NCBI RefSeq assembly: GCF_964213995.1
Contig: NC_135823.1
Location: forward strand, 806,001 to 870,000
Reading direction: 5' to 3'
Source of the DNA: Mustelus asterias
Taxonomy: Eukaryota
Length of the DNA: 64,000 nucleotides
A program made the translations under genes and the position numbers. The notes under the pieces are model-generated. The model was not told the DNA's origin, ran no database searches, and was given only the letters and a program-made list of their open reading frames with translations. The stretch's first letter is position 1. Each line of letters begins with the position of its first letter. Of the stretch, positions 50,700 to 63,131 are shown piece after piece.

Positions 50700-51930
50700 A
50701 GCAACAAACGTGATCGAGGAAGTCTCAACCAGAGTGGATAGCGGGGAACCAGTAGATGTGTTGTACTTCGACTTCCAGGAGGCGTTCGAAAATGTAGGTC
50801 ACAAATGGTAAGTCGTAAGTTCAGAGCCCATGATGGAGGTAGTACATTGGCATGGATAGAAAATTGGCTAATGGTTAGGAAACAGTGAGTGGGAATAAGG
50901 GTTTATTTGTCAGGTTGGCGACCTGTAACCAGTAGTGTGCTACAGGGATCAGTGCTGGGACTGCAAGTGTTCACAATATATATGAATAACTTGGAGGAAG
51001 GATGCAAAAGTACTTTGGCCAATTTTCAAGGCGACATAAAGAAAATAGGTGGAAAGGCAAGTTTACAAAGAGAGTTTACAGAGGGTTTACAGAGAGATAT
51101 TGATGGGTTAAATAAGTGGGTAAAACTTTGGCAAATGGAGTATAATATGGGAAAATACGAAGTTGTTCACTTTGGAAGGGAGGACAAAAAAAAGTATTTT
51201 TTCAATGGAGTAAAACTGCACAGAGCCACAGCATAACGAGATTTGGCACTACTTGTGCACAAAACACTGAAATCCAACACACAGATACAGCAGATAATCA
51301 GGAAGGCGGATGGAACGTTGGCCGATATTTCAATGGGGTTGGAGACGAAGAGGAGTGAAATTGTACAAGATACTGTGCACACCATATCTGGAGCACTATG
51401 AGCATCCATGTCCCCCTTATTTTTTTTTTTAAAGATGTTATTTCTTTGGAGGCAATTCGGAGAAAGTTGACAGGAATGATTGCCGGTATGAAGGGACTAT
51501 CTTATAAGGAAAGGTTGAACAGGTTCGGACTCTACTCCTTGGAATTTAGAAGAATAAGCGGTGATCTAATTGAAAGATATCAGATTTTAAGGGGTTTGAC
51601 AGAGTAAATGCTGAGAGGATGCTTCCCCTCATGCGAGAGTTTAGGACCATATGGCACTGTCTCAGAAAAATAAGGGAACCAATTTAAAATGAAGATAAAT
51701 AGGGACTTCTTCTCTCAGAGGGAGAAGAAACTCCTTGCCACAGAGAGCGATGTGGGAAAGAGCCCATGTGTACATTTAAGACTGAGATGGATAGAGTTTT
51801 AATCTGTAAGGGAATCAGGGGTTACGTGAAAGGGCATGAATTTGGGCGTTAGGAATGTCAGGTCAGCCATGATTCTATTGAGTTCTGAAGAATTCTTGAG
51901 GGACTGAATGGAATTCTGTTCCTATGTCTT
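50700..51930 (+). mobile_element. CR1-clade LINE RT/3' fragment, decayed
   Basis: VDVLYFDFQEAF, QGSVLG, WQMEYN motifs. Confidence 0.9.
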
Positions 51931-52084
51931 GAACACGACAGTAGAGGACAAATTAGGCTTACTTTTCCATGTTTGTATAAGAACGAGGCATGACCTAATC
52001 ATGATCCTTAATGTGCTTTAGGTGGAAGGGTCATGTGGACTCGACAAATTAATTCTGTTTCCCTCCACAAATACTGCCTGACCG

Positions 52085-52430
52085 GGCGGCACGGTAGCAC
52101 AGTGGTTAGCAGTGCTGCTCCACAGCTCCAGGAACCTGGGTTCGATTCCCGGCTTGGGTGACTGTCTGTGTGGAGTTTGCACATTCTCTTCGTGTCTGCG
52201 TGGGTTTCCTCCGGGTGTTCCGGTTTCTTCCCACAGTCCAAAGATGTGCGGGTAAGGTTGATTGGCCATGCTAAAAATTGCCCTTAGTGTCCTGGGATGC
52301 GTATGTTAGAGGGATTAGTGGGTAAATATGTAGGGATACGGGGGTAGGGCCTGGGTGGGATTGCGGTTGGTGCAGACTCGATGGGGCGAATGGCCTCTTT
52401 CTGTACTCTAGGTTTTCTATGATTTCTATG
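52085..52430 (+). mobile_element. HE1-type SINE, full length
   Basis: Closely matches 38676-39015. Confidence 0.9.
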
Positions 52431-54399
52431 ACCTGTTGAGTTTCTACAGCAGGTTTTTTTTTCAGGTTTCCAACATCCGTGATATTTTGTTTCAGTTTCT
52501 TGGGATCAAACTATTTGATAGGGGAAATAGGGTGACGTCAGAAAATGGAGGCCGAAAATTAAGATTAGCAGCATGTTTTACAAACATGATGTCAAGGAGC
52601 ACTTAGTCACACAAATGGGAGTGCGAATCCAGTTTTCCCATCCATCTCTTAAAAAAAAAGGAATGATCGGTGTTTCCAAGGTTAAGAAAATTCAGCATCC
52701 TGAAACAAAATCTGGCAAATGGAAGTTCAATTACAGGTTGGCCAGGATCTAATAGAATAGACGAGAGGGGCTGAATAGCCTCCTCATGTGCCTGTTCAGC
52801 GAAGGCAGTGGTGTGGTGGTATTGTCACTGTATAGTAATCCAGAGACTCAGGTAAATATTCTGGGGACCCGGGCTGTTATCCCATCACTGCAAATGGTCA
52901 AATTTGGAATCAATAAAAAATTGGAATTAAAAGTCTAACGATGACCACAAAAGAGAAGAATTAGAATGGATCTCGTTGAAACATGTAAAATCCTAATAAG
53001 ACTGCAGAGGCTGGATGCAAGAAGAATGTTCTCAATTTTTGCGAAGTCCAGAACTCGGGGTCACAGTCTAAGCATAAGGCTAAGCCATTCAGGGTTGAGA
53101 TAAGGAAGAACTTCTTCACTCAGAGAGTCGTGTAACTGTGAAATTCTCTACCACAGAAAGCTGTTGCAGCCAATTCGTTCGATATATTCAAGAGGGAGCT
53201 GGAGGTGCCCCTTACAGCTAAGGCGATCAAAGAGTTTGGAGAGAAAGTGGGATATGAAAATGCATGATTAGCTATGATAATTTCGAATGGTGGTGCAGCT
53301 TCCAGGGGCCAAATGGTTACTTCTCCACCTACTTTCTATGTTTCTGTGCTAAAACCATTGTTGACTGCCATAAAAACCCATTTGGTTCACGATTGTCCTT
53401 CAGGGAATTGAATTTATCATCCGTACCTGGTCTGGCCTACATGTGGCTCCAGAGCTACAGCAATGGTGACGTTTACAGATTATATTTTAAATTGTCTCCA
53501 CAGACATTTTACTCTCGCCTGACTTTGAACTGGATCATCAATCAGATCGGAGAGGGAAGAGGAAGCTCATAATCACCTCTCCAGGCACGACATGTGCAGG
53601 AAGTTTCCCCTCTTCAGCTGGAATGCCTGACCGTGCAACCAGCGCAAATACTGGCGCAATTCTGCGGGGCTGTTCGAAAAAGGGAATTATGTCTGATGTC
53701 CGCCGTCCTAAATGTAGTATAATCCTGTCGTCACATTGTCGACACTGTGCGTCCGTATTTTCTTGTCTTGATGTTTATCATTGCATTATACATCTCTCCA
53801 CGGTATATCCTCAAGGCACACGTTAAAAAAATCTTCACAATGCATCAGTCTCCGAGTGTGCAAAATATTTTAACAAGTGACATGTTTTGTAATTCCGTCT
53901 TATTTTCGTTAACATCAAATGCGCTCACGTTGCCTCTTAAGCGAATTTCCAATTACATTTGTAGAGAAATTTGCACCAACGATTCATGCAATAATAGGGG
54001 AAATTTATAATATCCGTGGCATTCGGAATAAAATTAAGTTTTTCAAAAGTTAAACAAATGGCAGTGTCACAAGCAGGCTTTCATGAACACTGCAATGAAG
54101 TTACTGTGAAAATCCCGTGGTCACCACACTCTGGCGTCTGTCTGGGTACACTGAGGGAGAATTTAGCATGAGCAATGCAGCTATCCAGCGCATCTTTCAT
54201 ACTGTGGGAAGAAGCCGGAACACTGGGATGAAACCCACGCAGGCACAAGGAGAATATCCAGACTCCGTTCAGACAGCGACCAAAGTGGATATCGAACCCA
54301 GGTCTCTGGCGCTGTGCGGGAGCAGTGCTAACCACCGTGCCACTGTGCCAGTTAACAGGGAAAGTGCAGAGAAAGGTATGATTTGATAGCAAGGAGGCA

Positions 54400-54904
54400 T
54401 GGTTATAAGAGAACAGGTCTGGAAATTGAATATGTGAGGGTGCTTCGGAAGATTGGCAGAAAGGAAATTGCAGTCTTGTAGCTTTGTTCGGAAAGGAAGG
54501 AATCAGTGCTTTCATGAGAAATGATAATGGAACCAAATGATAATGGAGACCAAGACGCGAAATCAGTAAGGTCAGAGACAAGAAAGAGCAAGGGAAATAT
54601 GTCCTGATGGGAGTAACGCATAGCTCACTTAATAGTAATTTAATGGTAAAATGTAATATAAACCAGTAAATATTAGGGGCTTATGAGGGAGGTAAGTCAA
54701 TAATTATGCATGGTTTTAACATGCATATAGACTGGCTTAATCAAATTGGCAGGGGCAACCGAGAGAGAGAGACAGAGAGAGCGAGAGAGCGATAGGGAGA
54801 GAGAGAGATAATTCATGGAATATATTCATGATTGATACTTGGTATATTCGAAACAACCAGGGAGCAGGTTATTTTGGATTTTGTATTCCGTAATGAGATG
54901 GAAT
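54400..54904 (+). mobile_element. Old CR1 LINE ORF2 (endonuclease region) fragment split by the ERV; continues at 63808-64000
   Basis: Removing the ERV and one TSD restores aatgagatggaattaattactgatctt, a CR1-like ILD..NE..LI.DL segment. Confidence 0.7.
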
Positions 54905-55571
54905 TGAAGTCGGGAATGGGTTAATGAACTTTGTCACACTTAAGCATTAAGACCCGAACTCTGTGATTTTGTTGAGAACACTGCAGAGTTCATGTTTTCG
55001 TCAGAGTTCGGTGTTTTTCATGTCTGTACCAGATAAGAGGAACAGCTATTTTTTGCTGTCTCCACTGTTATTCAGAAATGCGATTAACCCAGATTGAAAT
55101 AAGCTAAACAGTTTCCATTTTCATGTACCTTTGTTAACACGATGGAGTTGACATGTATGCCTTCTGTCTTTGTATAACCATATATTCATATATACATCGT
55201 ACGTTATTCATCTTATCCTGATATAAAGTATTATAGAAACTTGTATGTATATTAGTTAACTTGTTTGTGCAAAACCTGTGATGTTGTTTCAAGGATATAA
55301 ATGACGAACAATCGTGGCCTTGGAGATCGAACAAACTACGCAGAGGAAGATACTGCTAATACAACAAGAATCTCACCATGAACAAGGACAGACATCTTAG
55401 AGAATTGCAATGTAATGAGGGCGGGGCCCGGGACATATATAAACTCTGTTCTTACTTGTGTTCGATGAGAAGCCTTGGGTCCACTGTTAGGAACCTCACT
55501 TCTCCCACATATGTGAAAATAAACCTGCATTTCGATCTACTAATAGTGTCAGAGGTTTTTTACCTACAACA
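54905..55571 (+). repeat. ERV 5' LTR (667 bp)
   Basis: TGAAG...CAACA; matches 63132-63807 with about 11 substitutions and 2 small indels (hand count). Confidence 0.97.
55419..55523 (+). promoter_or_regulatory. LTR promoter and polyadenylation elements
   Basis: GC box GGGCGGGG 55419-26, TATATAAA 55436-43, AATAAA 55518-23; all conserved in the 3' LTR. Confidence 0.75.
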
Positions 55572-55573
55572 AT

Positions 55574-55591
55574 TGGGGGCTCGTCCGGGAT
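55574..55591 (+). promoter_or_regulatory. Primer binding site, tRNA-Pro
   Basis: TGGGGGCTCGTCCGGGAT, 2 nt after the LTR; same sequence as the MLV tRNA-Pro PBS. Confidence 0.95.
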
Positions 55592-55959
55592 AATCTGTTT
55601 ACGGTCCGGTTGAATGGTCATGAACGGGACACTGGAATAGATTATCGAACTCTAAATAGAGTGGGTCAAAATGCAGTGTGCAATCATCTGTGATAAGAGT
55701 GTGTGATGTTTAGACGTGAGTGAGATAGAGACTGTCTGAGTGATCGCCGGAGTTTGAAGGAAAAGCCTTCATGTGTAAGAGTTAGAAGGAAAAGCCTTCT
55801 GAGGAGAAGCCGGCTTAAAAAAATAGTATAGGCGGTGGTACGGAGGGATCTGATCAACCCTTAGAGGTATCACCGGACTCCGACAAGAGGGACCTGGGAG
55901 GGGGAGAGCGAAAGGGAGAATAAGTCACTCCAGGTGGTGAGTATAAACTTATCAGTGTT

Positions 55960-56597
55960 ATGGCGGGACAAAGACAGTGGTGACCCCCTGGGTCCCTAAT
56001 AAATGAATTTATGACTGAGAGGGACAGACTCATAAAACAGATGATAAAAGGGGGATGGGATTTAGACCATCCACTAGACCAACAACGAAAATGGTTGGAA
56101 AAGGAAAAGAAAACTAAAACTAAGAAAATTGGAGTTCTGTTAGTTCATCAATTGGCTGGATTAATTGAACAGGTTTCAGTCTCGGGTGAGAAATGGGCTG
56201 ATGTCAAAGAAAAAATTAAAATGTTAATCAACAAAGGGGTGACAGAGCCTCCGAATTTGGGGAGCGACTCTTTAGAATATACCAAGAATGTTGGGGAGTA
56301 CCCGAAACTGCCCGAACAGATAGAACCTTTTTACAAGCATTTAAAGACAGGTTGTCGCCAGCTCACCAAAAACTCCTTAAAATGGGAGTTCTCAATACCC
56401 AGACTTATGATGAATTAGTGGAATGGGCATCCGGAATTGGAGATGGACCAGATGAGAAACCATACCTACAGTTAAAACAGAAAAATGTTCGTGCAAACAG
56501 TGGAGGAGCTAAACCAAGGGGTGCGTGCCATAATTGTGGGAAACTGGGTCACTTTGTCAGGCACTGTAGGGCTCCAAAGCGGGGTAGTGAAGTCTGA
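55960..56597 (+). pseudogene. gag: gag copy 1 (short: N-terminal domain plus CCHC zinc knuckle), frameshifted
   Basis: ORFs 56011-56418 and 56352-56597; CHNCGKLGHFVRHC. Confidence 0.75.
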
Positions 56598-56602
56598 AAA
56601 GT

Positions 56603-57300
56603 GGCAGATAATGAAGTAATGAGGGGATCTGCAGGTCCTCTCATTGACGTGTACTTATCAAAGAAAAAAGCATTAATAAAGAGGATGCAAAAGGATGGCT
56701 GGGATACGTCTCAGACCTTAGAGTAGCAGAAAACGTGGATATATAAAGAAAAGAGAAACGAGGCAAAGAAGATAGGAGTATTGTTAATGCATCAGTTAGC
56801 TGGACTAATTGAGCAAGATAAAGAAAAGATTAGAGAGTTAGAATTCAGAATAAGAGAATTGGAGAAACGAAACCAAGTCTTCGAAGAAAAACAATAGAGA
56901 GAGGAAACTGTTCCTCTACCTCCTAATGAGTCCACACAGGGACCGCCCGCTCCTCCTGAGGAGTGGGAAGTGCTAGAATACAACTCAGCACCAGTAACCC
57001 GAAGGGGAACTGGTGCACGGCCAAAAGCAAAATTATAAACCCGTCACCCAGTGTAAAACAGAGATTCAGAGAGTATTAGGGAATGCTCCCACTTTTTGGA
57101 GCAGAATTACCACAATAGAACAATTAAGAAGAGGGATCAGTGAATGTGAGAATCAAAGGAAAGATAAAGAGCTATCTGGCTTGCCAATGTTGTTCCAAAA
57201 TCCTGATACGAATGAACAGGAGTGGTGGAAATGACCCAGTGTAGATAATCACCAGACGGCACTATACTCAGTCCTGAAACACTTAGACGAACAGGAACTA
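56603..57300 (+). pseudogene. gag: gag copy 2 (diverged N-terminal paralogue, Pro-rich segment), with stops
   Basis: LIKRMQKDGWD..KKIGVLLMHQLAGLIEQ versus copy 1 LIKQMIKGGWD..KKIGVLLVHQLAGLIEQ; followed by PLPPNESTQGPPAPPEEW. Confidence 0.7.
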
Positions 57301-57319
57301 AAGGCGAGCCCCAGGAAGG

Positions 57320-58483
57320 CCCAAATAGGGAAAGCGCAGGTGTTATATTTGGGACACCTGATATCCCAGCGGACCAAAGTAATGCCATTGGACTGGAAAA
57401 CAGCCATTCAGCAAATGCCAAGACCAGTAACCGTCCGAGGGGTAAGGAAGGTTTTGGGGTTGTTGAATTACACCCACAATTTTATACCAGAATTCGCAAG
57501 GCTAGCCGAATCAATACAAAGGCTAGTAAAAGGGGGGAAACCCGCTCTAGAAGTTATAGAATGGGGATCAGAACAGGAAAGGGCATATAGTAAACTAAAA
57601 GTAGAACTAATGAAGGCTCCAGGACTTGGACTGCCTGACGCTCGTAAAGATTTTCATATCTATTGTAATAACGAAGGGGGGTTTTATTCGGCAGTAGTCA
57701 CACAGGTCCATGGGGACAAACAGCGACCCGTGGGTTATGATTCCACAGTGGAGGGCCCCGTAGTAACCGGGTCACCCAGATGTATAGGCGCACTAGATTG
57801 CGCAGCATGGGCAGTAAAGGTCAGCGAGCCCATCGTCATGACGGGGAATATTGTTTCACACACCAAACATACCTTGGTGGAAATGCTGAACACAGGAAAA
57901 TTGCCGTCTTTCTCAAACATGAGAAGGGCGAAATGGGAGGCAGTGCTTCTCCCACCCACTAAGTCCATCACCATTGTACGAGAAATGGGAATGAACCCCG
58001 CAGAAGGAATGTTAGGTGAAGGGTCTTCACTCATGTGGGGACGTAGACGAAGAGGTAGAGGAGAGTAGAATAAAAGATGTGCCCCTGGAGGCACCAGATT
58101 TGGTCCTGTTTGTGGATGGATCACGGAAATATGCAGATGTAGGCCCATTACGGGACAGGATTAGATGATATGTATTAGAGTTAAGCTCCCAATTGAAAGA
58201 TATGCGGAAAACAGGACGGGACAAACAAATAGTGATAGATGAGCACAATAAACTAGAACAGACCCCGAAGGTACCCCCGGCGGGCAGCAAGGTTATGGTA
58301 AAAACTCTACCAGGAAAACCTGGATTTGCCCCCAAATGGAAAGGCCCCTATGAGGTCATTATCAGTGGAGACACCTGTGCCTGCATAGATATGCAAGGTA
58401 GGGGTGTGTGGAAGCATTGGACTCAGTTAAAGGAATACACCAATTGCCACAACAAAACAGTTAAAAGGGGAATAAAGGGTTAA
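57320..58483 (+). pseudogene. pol: pol remnant: RT C-terminal part and connection, start of RNase H, fused to an integrase C-terminus
   Basis: VLYLGHLISQ..PRPVTVRGVRKVLGLLNY..FIPEFA; PDLVLFVDGS; PKWKGPYEVII (GPY/F motif). No YxDD, protease or IN core seen. Confidence 0.9.
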
Positions 58484-61084
58484 AAGAAAACAAACAGGTT
58501 GTAACTTTCTCTCACTCGAGGGAGGGAGAGAGAGGGAGAGATGTAAGATGTAATTGCGATCGAGAGCCTCATGTGATGGAATGGGGTATAGCAGATCAAT
58601 GCGAGTTTAATAAATGACGTTCCCCAGTAAATTTTACAATAATGCATCGGACAGAGATTTGGGGAATGTGGGAATAATAGCATTAGATTACATCTGAAGA
58701 GTCGTAAGGAGAGTTATCCATATAAGCACACAGTAGATTCGATCTTGCATCTGCCTGTGTAAAGATAATTATTTTAGGAGGGATATTTAAAAGTGATAAA
58801 ATAAATGGATTATTTGGATCAGGCTTTGTTAAATTTGAAAATGTATTTTTGGTAGAACTGAAGTTGAAAAGATAAATAGAATTATTCCTGCATATTTGAA
58901 ATGATGATTAACCACTTGTTTATGTTCCTCTGAGTTATAAGACTTGCAGTAATTTTAAGATATAGTCAAAATTTAACAGAGATGGGAGTTACATAAGGTA
59001 GAATGGGAGCGCGTGTGTCATACTGGGAATTATTATACTGCCATAATGCATTCTAATTAAAATGTGTTACATGGATCAACCATGAAACTGTATTTAATGA
59101 CAGACGGGCTAAAAGGGAGTGCCAGCCTATAATACCAAATTGACAAATCAATATAATTAGAGATGAGGGAAATAATTCAGTGGAATAATGAGATAAGAAA
59201 ATGTTGGGGAAGTACTTGTTACAAACGGTTAAAGATTAAAGTGATAAGATTTCTTGAATTTACTTCTGTTTTGAGTTGAATTACAGCTTGGAAGGCAGCA
59301 GCATAAAAGCGACTGTTAATCAACGGTCTGTATTCTTAAATGTTTTACTTCCATCCCAGGTTAAAATGTTAAGTCTGAAAAAAAAATCTGAATAAATGTT
59401 GGAAGCTTCCATGTGTACCTGTGTGTTTAACAACGTGATTGCGTGAATGTTTTGTTGTTGTTCGTTTTAATGTTGAGAAAGGAGTTAAACCTTGGAAGGA
59501 CCATGTGCTCTTTCCTTGTCTTGAAGTTGAAATTATACGAGTGTAGTTGAGAAGTTAAAAAAAAAAAAGTAATTTTGTGAAAAATAGAAAAGCAGGAACA
59601 AATGAATGAGGTGAATATACTGTCTATGAGTCCGTTTAAAGTCTATCAAATCAATGAATCGTAGTTCTGATTACCCCAATTTACAGCAGGAGACTAATCA
59701 GTTAAAACCTCAGTTGTTAATACAAATAAAGATGTTGTCCTTGAGTATTTTTAATTTGCATTTGATGCCAACAATTGAACACCATGAATTATTGGAACTT
59801 GTGTTGCCAGTTAGTTACCGATATGAAATTCAAGACTTGTGTGATGTTCTGATAACATGCAACAAATTACATCATTTAAATCATCTAACATTGATGATAG
59901 TTCTGATTGTGTAACTAGTTAAAACTGTATACAGCCGCTGGAATTGTGCCATCTATTGTTCAAGGTTTTCCAAATATAAGAACACTGCAAAGCTTAAAAC
60001 CTAGCCAGCTAGGAAACAAATCAAAACATTTCTAATCAAGTAACTCTTGTTATTGTTATATGTATTGTGCTTGTTATCGTTCTGAAAATGAAGGAATTCT
60101 GATCTGGAGCTCAGTTTAAAAATGGAAACAGATTAAACTAAAATTAAATTAAGAGCGTTTTGAGATACCCGATATGATATACATTGTGTATTGATAAAAA
60201 CATAAGTCTGTGAAAAAAAGGCTAGTGATTCCAAACATGTAACCATTCTTTGACATGATTTGTAATAGCTTGCACAATTAATATTAACATGACAGGAAGT
60301 GAAACCGGATTACTTAAGAGAGAGAGAGAGAAAGAGTTGGAGGCTGGCTTTGCAGCCAGACTCAAAAATCTTGCAGCATTCGACTGCACTCACAAACGGC
60401 TTATTCGGATATCTGTGTTTTTAAAGAGCTGTGTATGGCAGCATACAATTGGCATCTATGACCACGAAACACTGGTGTTTACCTTATGAGACAATCTGTC
60501 TATAGAAGGATCATTTCTGCTGAAACATTGCACTTTCAAATGTGGACAAACAAATGATCAAATTAGAATAATGTAAGAATACATCATACAAAGATCGGAG
60601 TTGTATGGTATGTGATTTAAATGAGAAAGGCGATGTCTTTTGATAGAATGTCCAGCTGCAGCCAGTGCAAAGTGTTGTGTGATTCGCACCAAGCCAACTG
60701 AAGGGTCTGTTTATTTCTTCAGAATAAACTTGACTGATCTGAAATAAATATGCCTTTCTTTAAGCCTTGCTTTCGAAATAACGGTTATCTTAGAGAAAGG
60801 AGAGGGAGAGAGAGCAGCCAAAAACCAGCGCTGAGATTGAAAAAAAACACCTGTTTCTAAAGCATAACTAAATTAGATATTATTATTACATACAAACAGT
60901 CTCCAGCTACATCAACAACTTGGCCATGAGAAAGTTTGTTTACCTTACATTGTACTATCAGAGAATGCAGCTAAGTTTCTAAGTTGGACTCAGGATTCCA
61001 AGCTGATGAGGCCAAATTAGCTTAAATTAACTTAAAGCACAATTAATTACATTGGGTAAAAATACTTTGCACTGGCAAAGGCCA

Positions 61085-61530
61085 TACAGACATCGGGGGA
61101 TAAAAACGTGGATGAAGGTATTGCCCACCATACTAAATGACATTAAGGGTTGCTACAAAGCAAACAACCGGATTAACCCCTTATGAGCTAATGACAGGAC
61201 GGACGACGCAATTACCAAAAAGCATCATAACAGGTGGGACCGATGTAGGTCCACTAAAAGATAAAATCAGGACATATGTTTTGAAACTAAGCACCCAACT
61301 AAAAGGGGTGCATAAATCGGTAAAAGACAATCAAGAAATAAGAGATGCAGAGAGAGCTTGAAATGCTCCCTGACAGTCCCAACAGTGGTATGTCCTAGTA
61401 AAAATATTACCTAACAAATCAGGGCTTGTACAAAAATGAAATGAGCTGTATGAAGTTATAATTAGTGGAGATATCTGTGCCTGTATATACTTAGTTGAAT
61501 ATGCTGAAATTAATTGGAAAAATATGTGAT
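61085..61530 (+). pseudogene. pol: Second, diverged integrase C-terminal remnant
   Basis: WMKVLPTILMTLRVATKQTTGLTPYELMTGR..DVGPLKDKIRTYVLKLSTQLK..YEVIISGDICACI. Confidence 0.85.
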
Positions 61531-61667
61531 ATACTACAATTGCAGATATAAACAAACAACAACTGACCTCCAAGCAAGCTGAACGGGCGCGCGGAAACTT
61601 GGCGCATGGGCGATATAGCCTTTGGACCATTGTATAACGGTCGCGCGGTATATTAGTAAGTGATAAG

Positions 61668-62681
61668 ATGCTTCTCATGCTGATACTCACGACCCTGGCC
61701 CTGTTAGCCAGAGCGGGAGAATATAAATTGAATTATGAGTTAGGGATGAAGCGCAGTGATCATCTCTGTAATGCTGACTCTGTCTATTGTATGAACACCT
61801 TTGTGTATATGTCTTATCTGTATGCATCACAATCGAATCTGAGCAAGTGCTGGGTCTGTTCACACATTCCCATGCACGGAGGAAAGGGAGGAATTCCCTT
61901 ATTTCCTATCCCTTTATTAGCTCCAGAAGTAATTGAATGGGTTTTAAATCAGAATAGAACCCAGAAAGGGACAAGGCAACTGACATTCAAAACCCCATCG
62001 GGTACCACTATGCAGGGTATCAGCAACAGTGATGTTGTTTCAAGGCTAGGGGGCGGAGGGTGCACTTTATCGTCCTTTCAGAAGAATTACCAGCCCAGCT
62101 ACGACAGATCAGATTCCCCACCCTACTTTGTTGTGAAAAATAAACAGAGGGGATCTATCTGCTTGATAAGAAATGGAACCATACCTGTTGGCCGTAGCTA
62201 CTGTATACAACAGATTGATATCACTGATGAGGCTGAGGCCATGATACAGGTCACAATCCAGTGGCCCATAGCCACCGTCCCGGTTAGCCTCTCCTCCGCT
62301 TATGCAAGCGAGATGACTGCATATAATGGTACCTATTTTGTCTGTGGAAACAATGCCTATCCGTGGCTTCCCTGGAATTGGACAGGATCGTGTTATTTGG
62401 CATATGTGGTGCCTTATATTCACAATTACACGGACTTACGGGACCACCCCGAGATACACCTGCTTAGGGCTAAGCGAGCCATTAGTGAGACAGAACGATT
62501 CTTCATGATAGCCTACCCATTTTTTGGGACGGCAAAGGCAGCACAGGCTATTATACGGATGGCCTCAACCCTAGAGAAAGTTGCAAATGAGACTAAAAAT
62601 GGTTTCAAGGAGGTGATCACGGCCATCTCTGAAATGTCAGCAGAGGTCGTAGCTATTCGAACTATGGCGTTACAGAACTGA
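61668..62681 (+). CDS. env: Retroviral Env, open for 337 aa (signal peptide, SU, furin site, fusion peptide, HR1), truncated at the ISD
   Basis: MLLMLILTTLALLARA signal; CWVC (CXXC); FVCG..W.GSCYL; RAKR; ALQN followed by TGA. Confidence 0.92.
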   Translation: MLLMLILTTLALLARAGEYKLNYELGMKRSDHLCNADSVYCMNTFVYMSYLYASQSNLSKCWVCSHIPMHGGKGGIPLFPIPLLAPEVIEWVLNQNRTQKGTRQLTFKTPSGTTMQGISNSDVVSRLGGGGCTLSSFQKNYQPSYDRSDSPPYFVVKNKQRGSICLIRNGTIPVGRSYCIQQIDITDEAEAMIQVTIQWPIATVPVSLSSAYASEMTAYNGTYFVCGNNAYPWLPWNWTGSCYLAYVVPYIHNYTDLRDHPEIHLLRAKRAISETERFFMIAYPFFGTAKAAQAIIRMASTLEKVANETKNGFKEVITAISEMSAEVVAIRTMALQN

Positions 62682-63080
62682 TTGGAACTCGAATATGTGC
62701 TAGCCTCCCAAGGTGGAACATGTACCATAGTTGGCTCGAAATGCTGTACGTATATTCGCGAAGCTTCAGAGAATATAACTCGCTTAGCAGATTATATTAA
62801 ACAAGTAGCAAAAGCAATACAGGAATAAGGGAACCAATATCATGATTATAACCCTGCGGGCTGGCTGGGGCAATGATTCGGGTCGTGGGGTTCATACCTG
62901 ATGCATGGATTGATTGTATTAATTGTAATTGTAATTACTTGCTGTGTTTGTATGGCATTATTGAACGCCTGTTGCAAAACAGTAACAGCGCGAATTATGA
63001 CAGTCGCAAGTGTACAGGCGGAGGGGGCGGACCTCCCGACTAATGAGCTAGACCCATTCCCCGATAACATGTGGTTCTGA
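62682..63080 (+). pseudogene. env: Env TM remainder (CX6CC, membrane anchor, tail) with in-frame stops
   Basis: LELEYVLASQGGTCTIVGSKCCTYI; stops at 62826-28 and 62874-76; LIVLIVIVITCCVCMALL anchor; natural TGA at 63078-80. Confidence 0.9.
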
Positions 63081-63119
63081 GTTGGTCATAGGTGCCATGT
63101 TTGGACCTGGCATCCGACC

Positions 63120-63131
63120 AGAAGGGGGGAG
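63120..63131 (+). promoter_or_regulatory. Polypurine tract
   Basis: AGAAGGGGGGAG immediately before the 3' LTR. Confidence 0.9.

Noticed and set aside
55378-55593. ORFs repeated at 63611-63814 as a duplicated gene
   Set aside because: Chance frames within the two LTRs.
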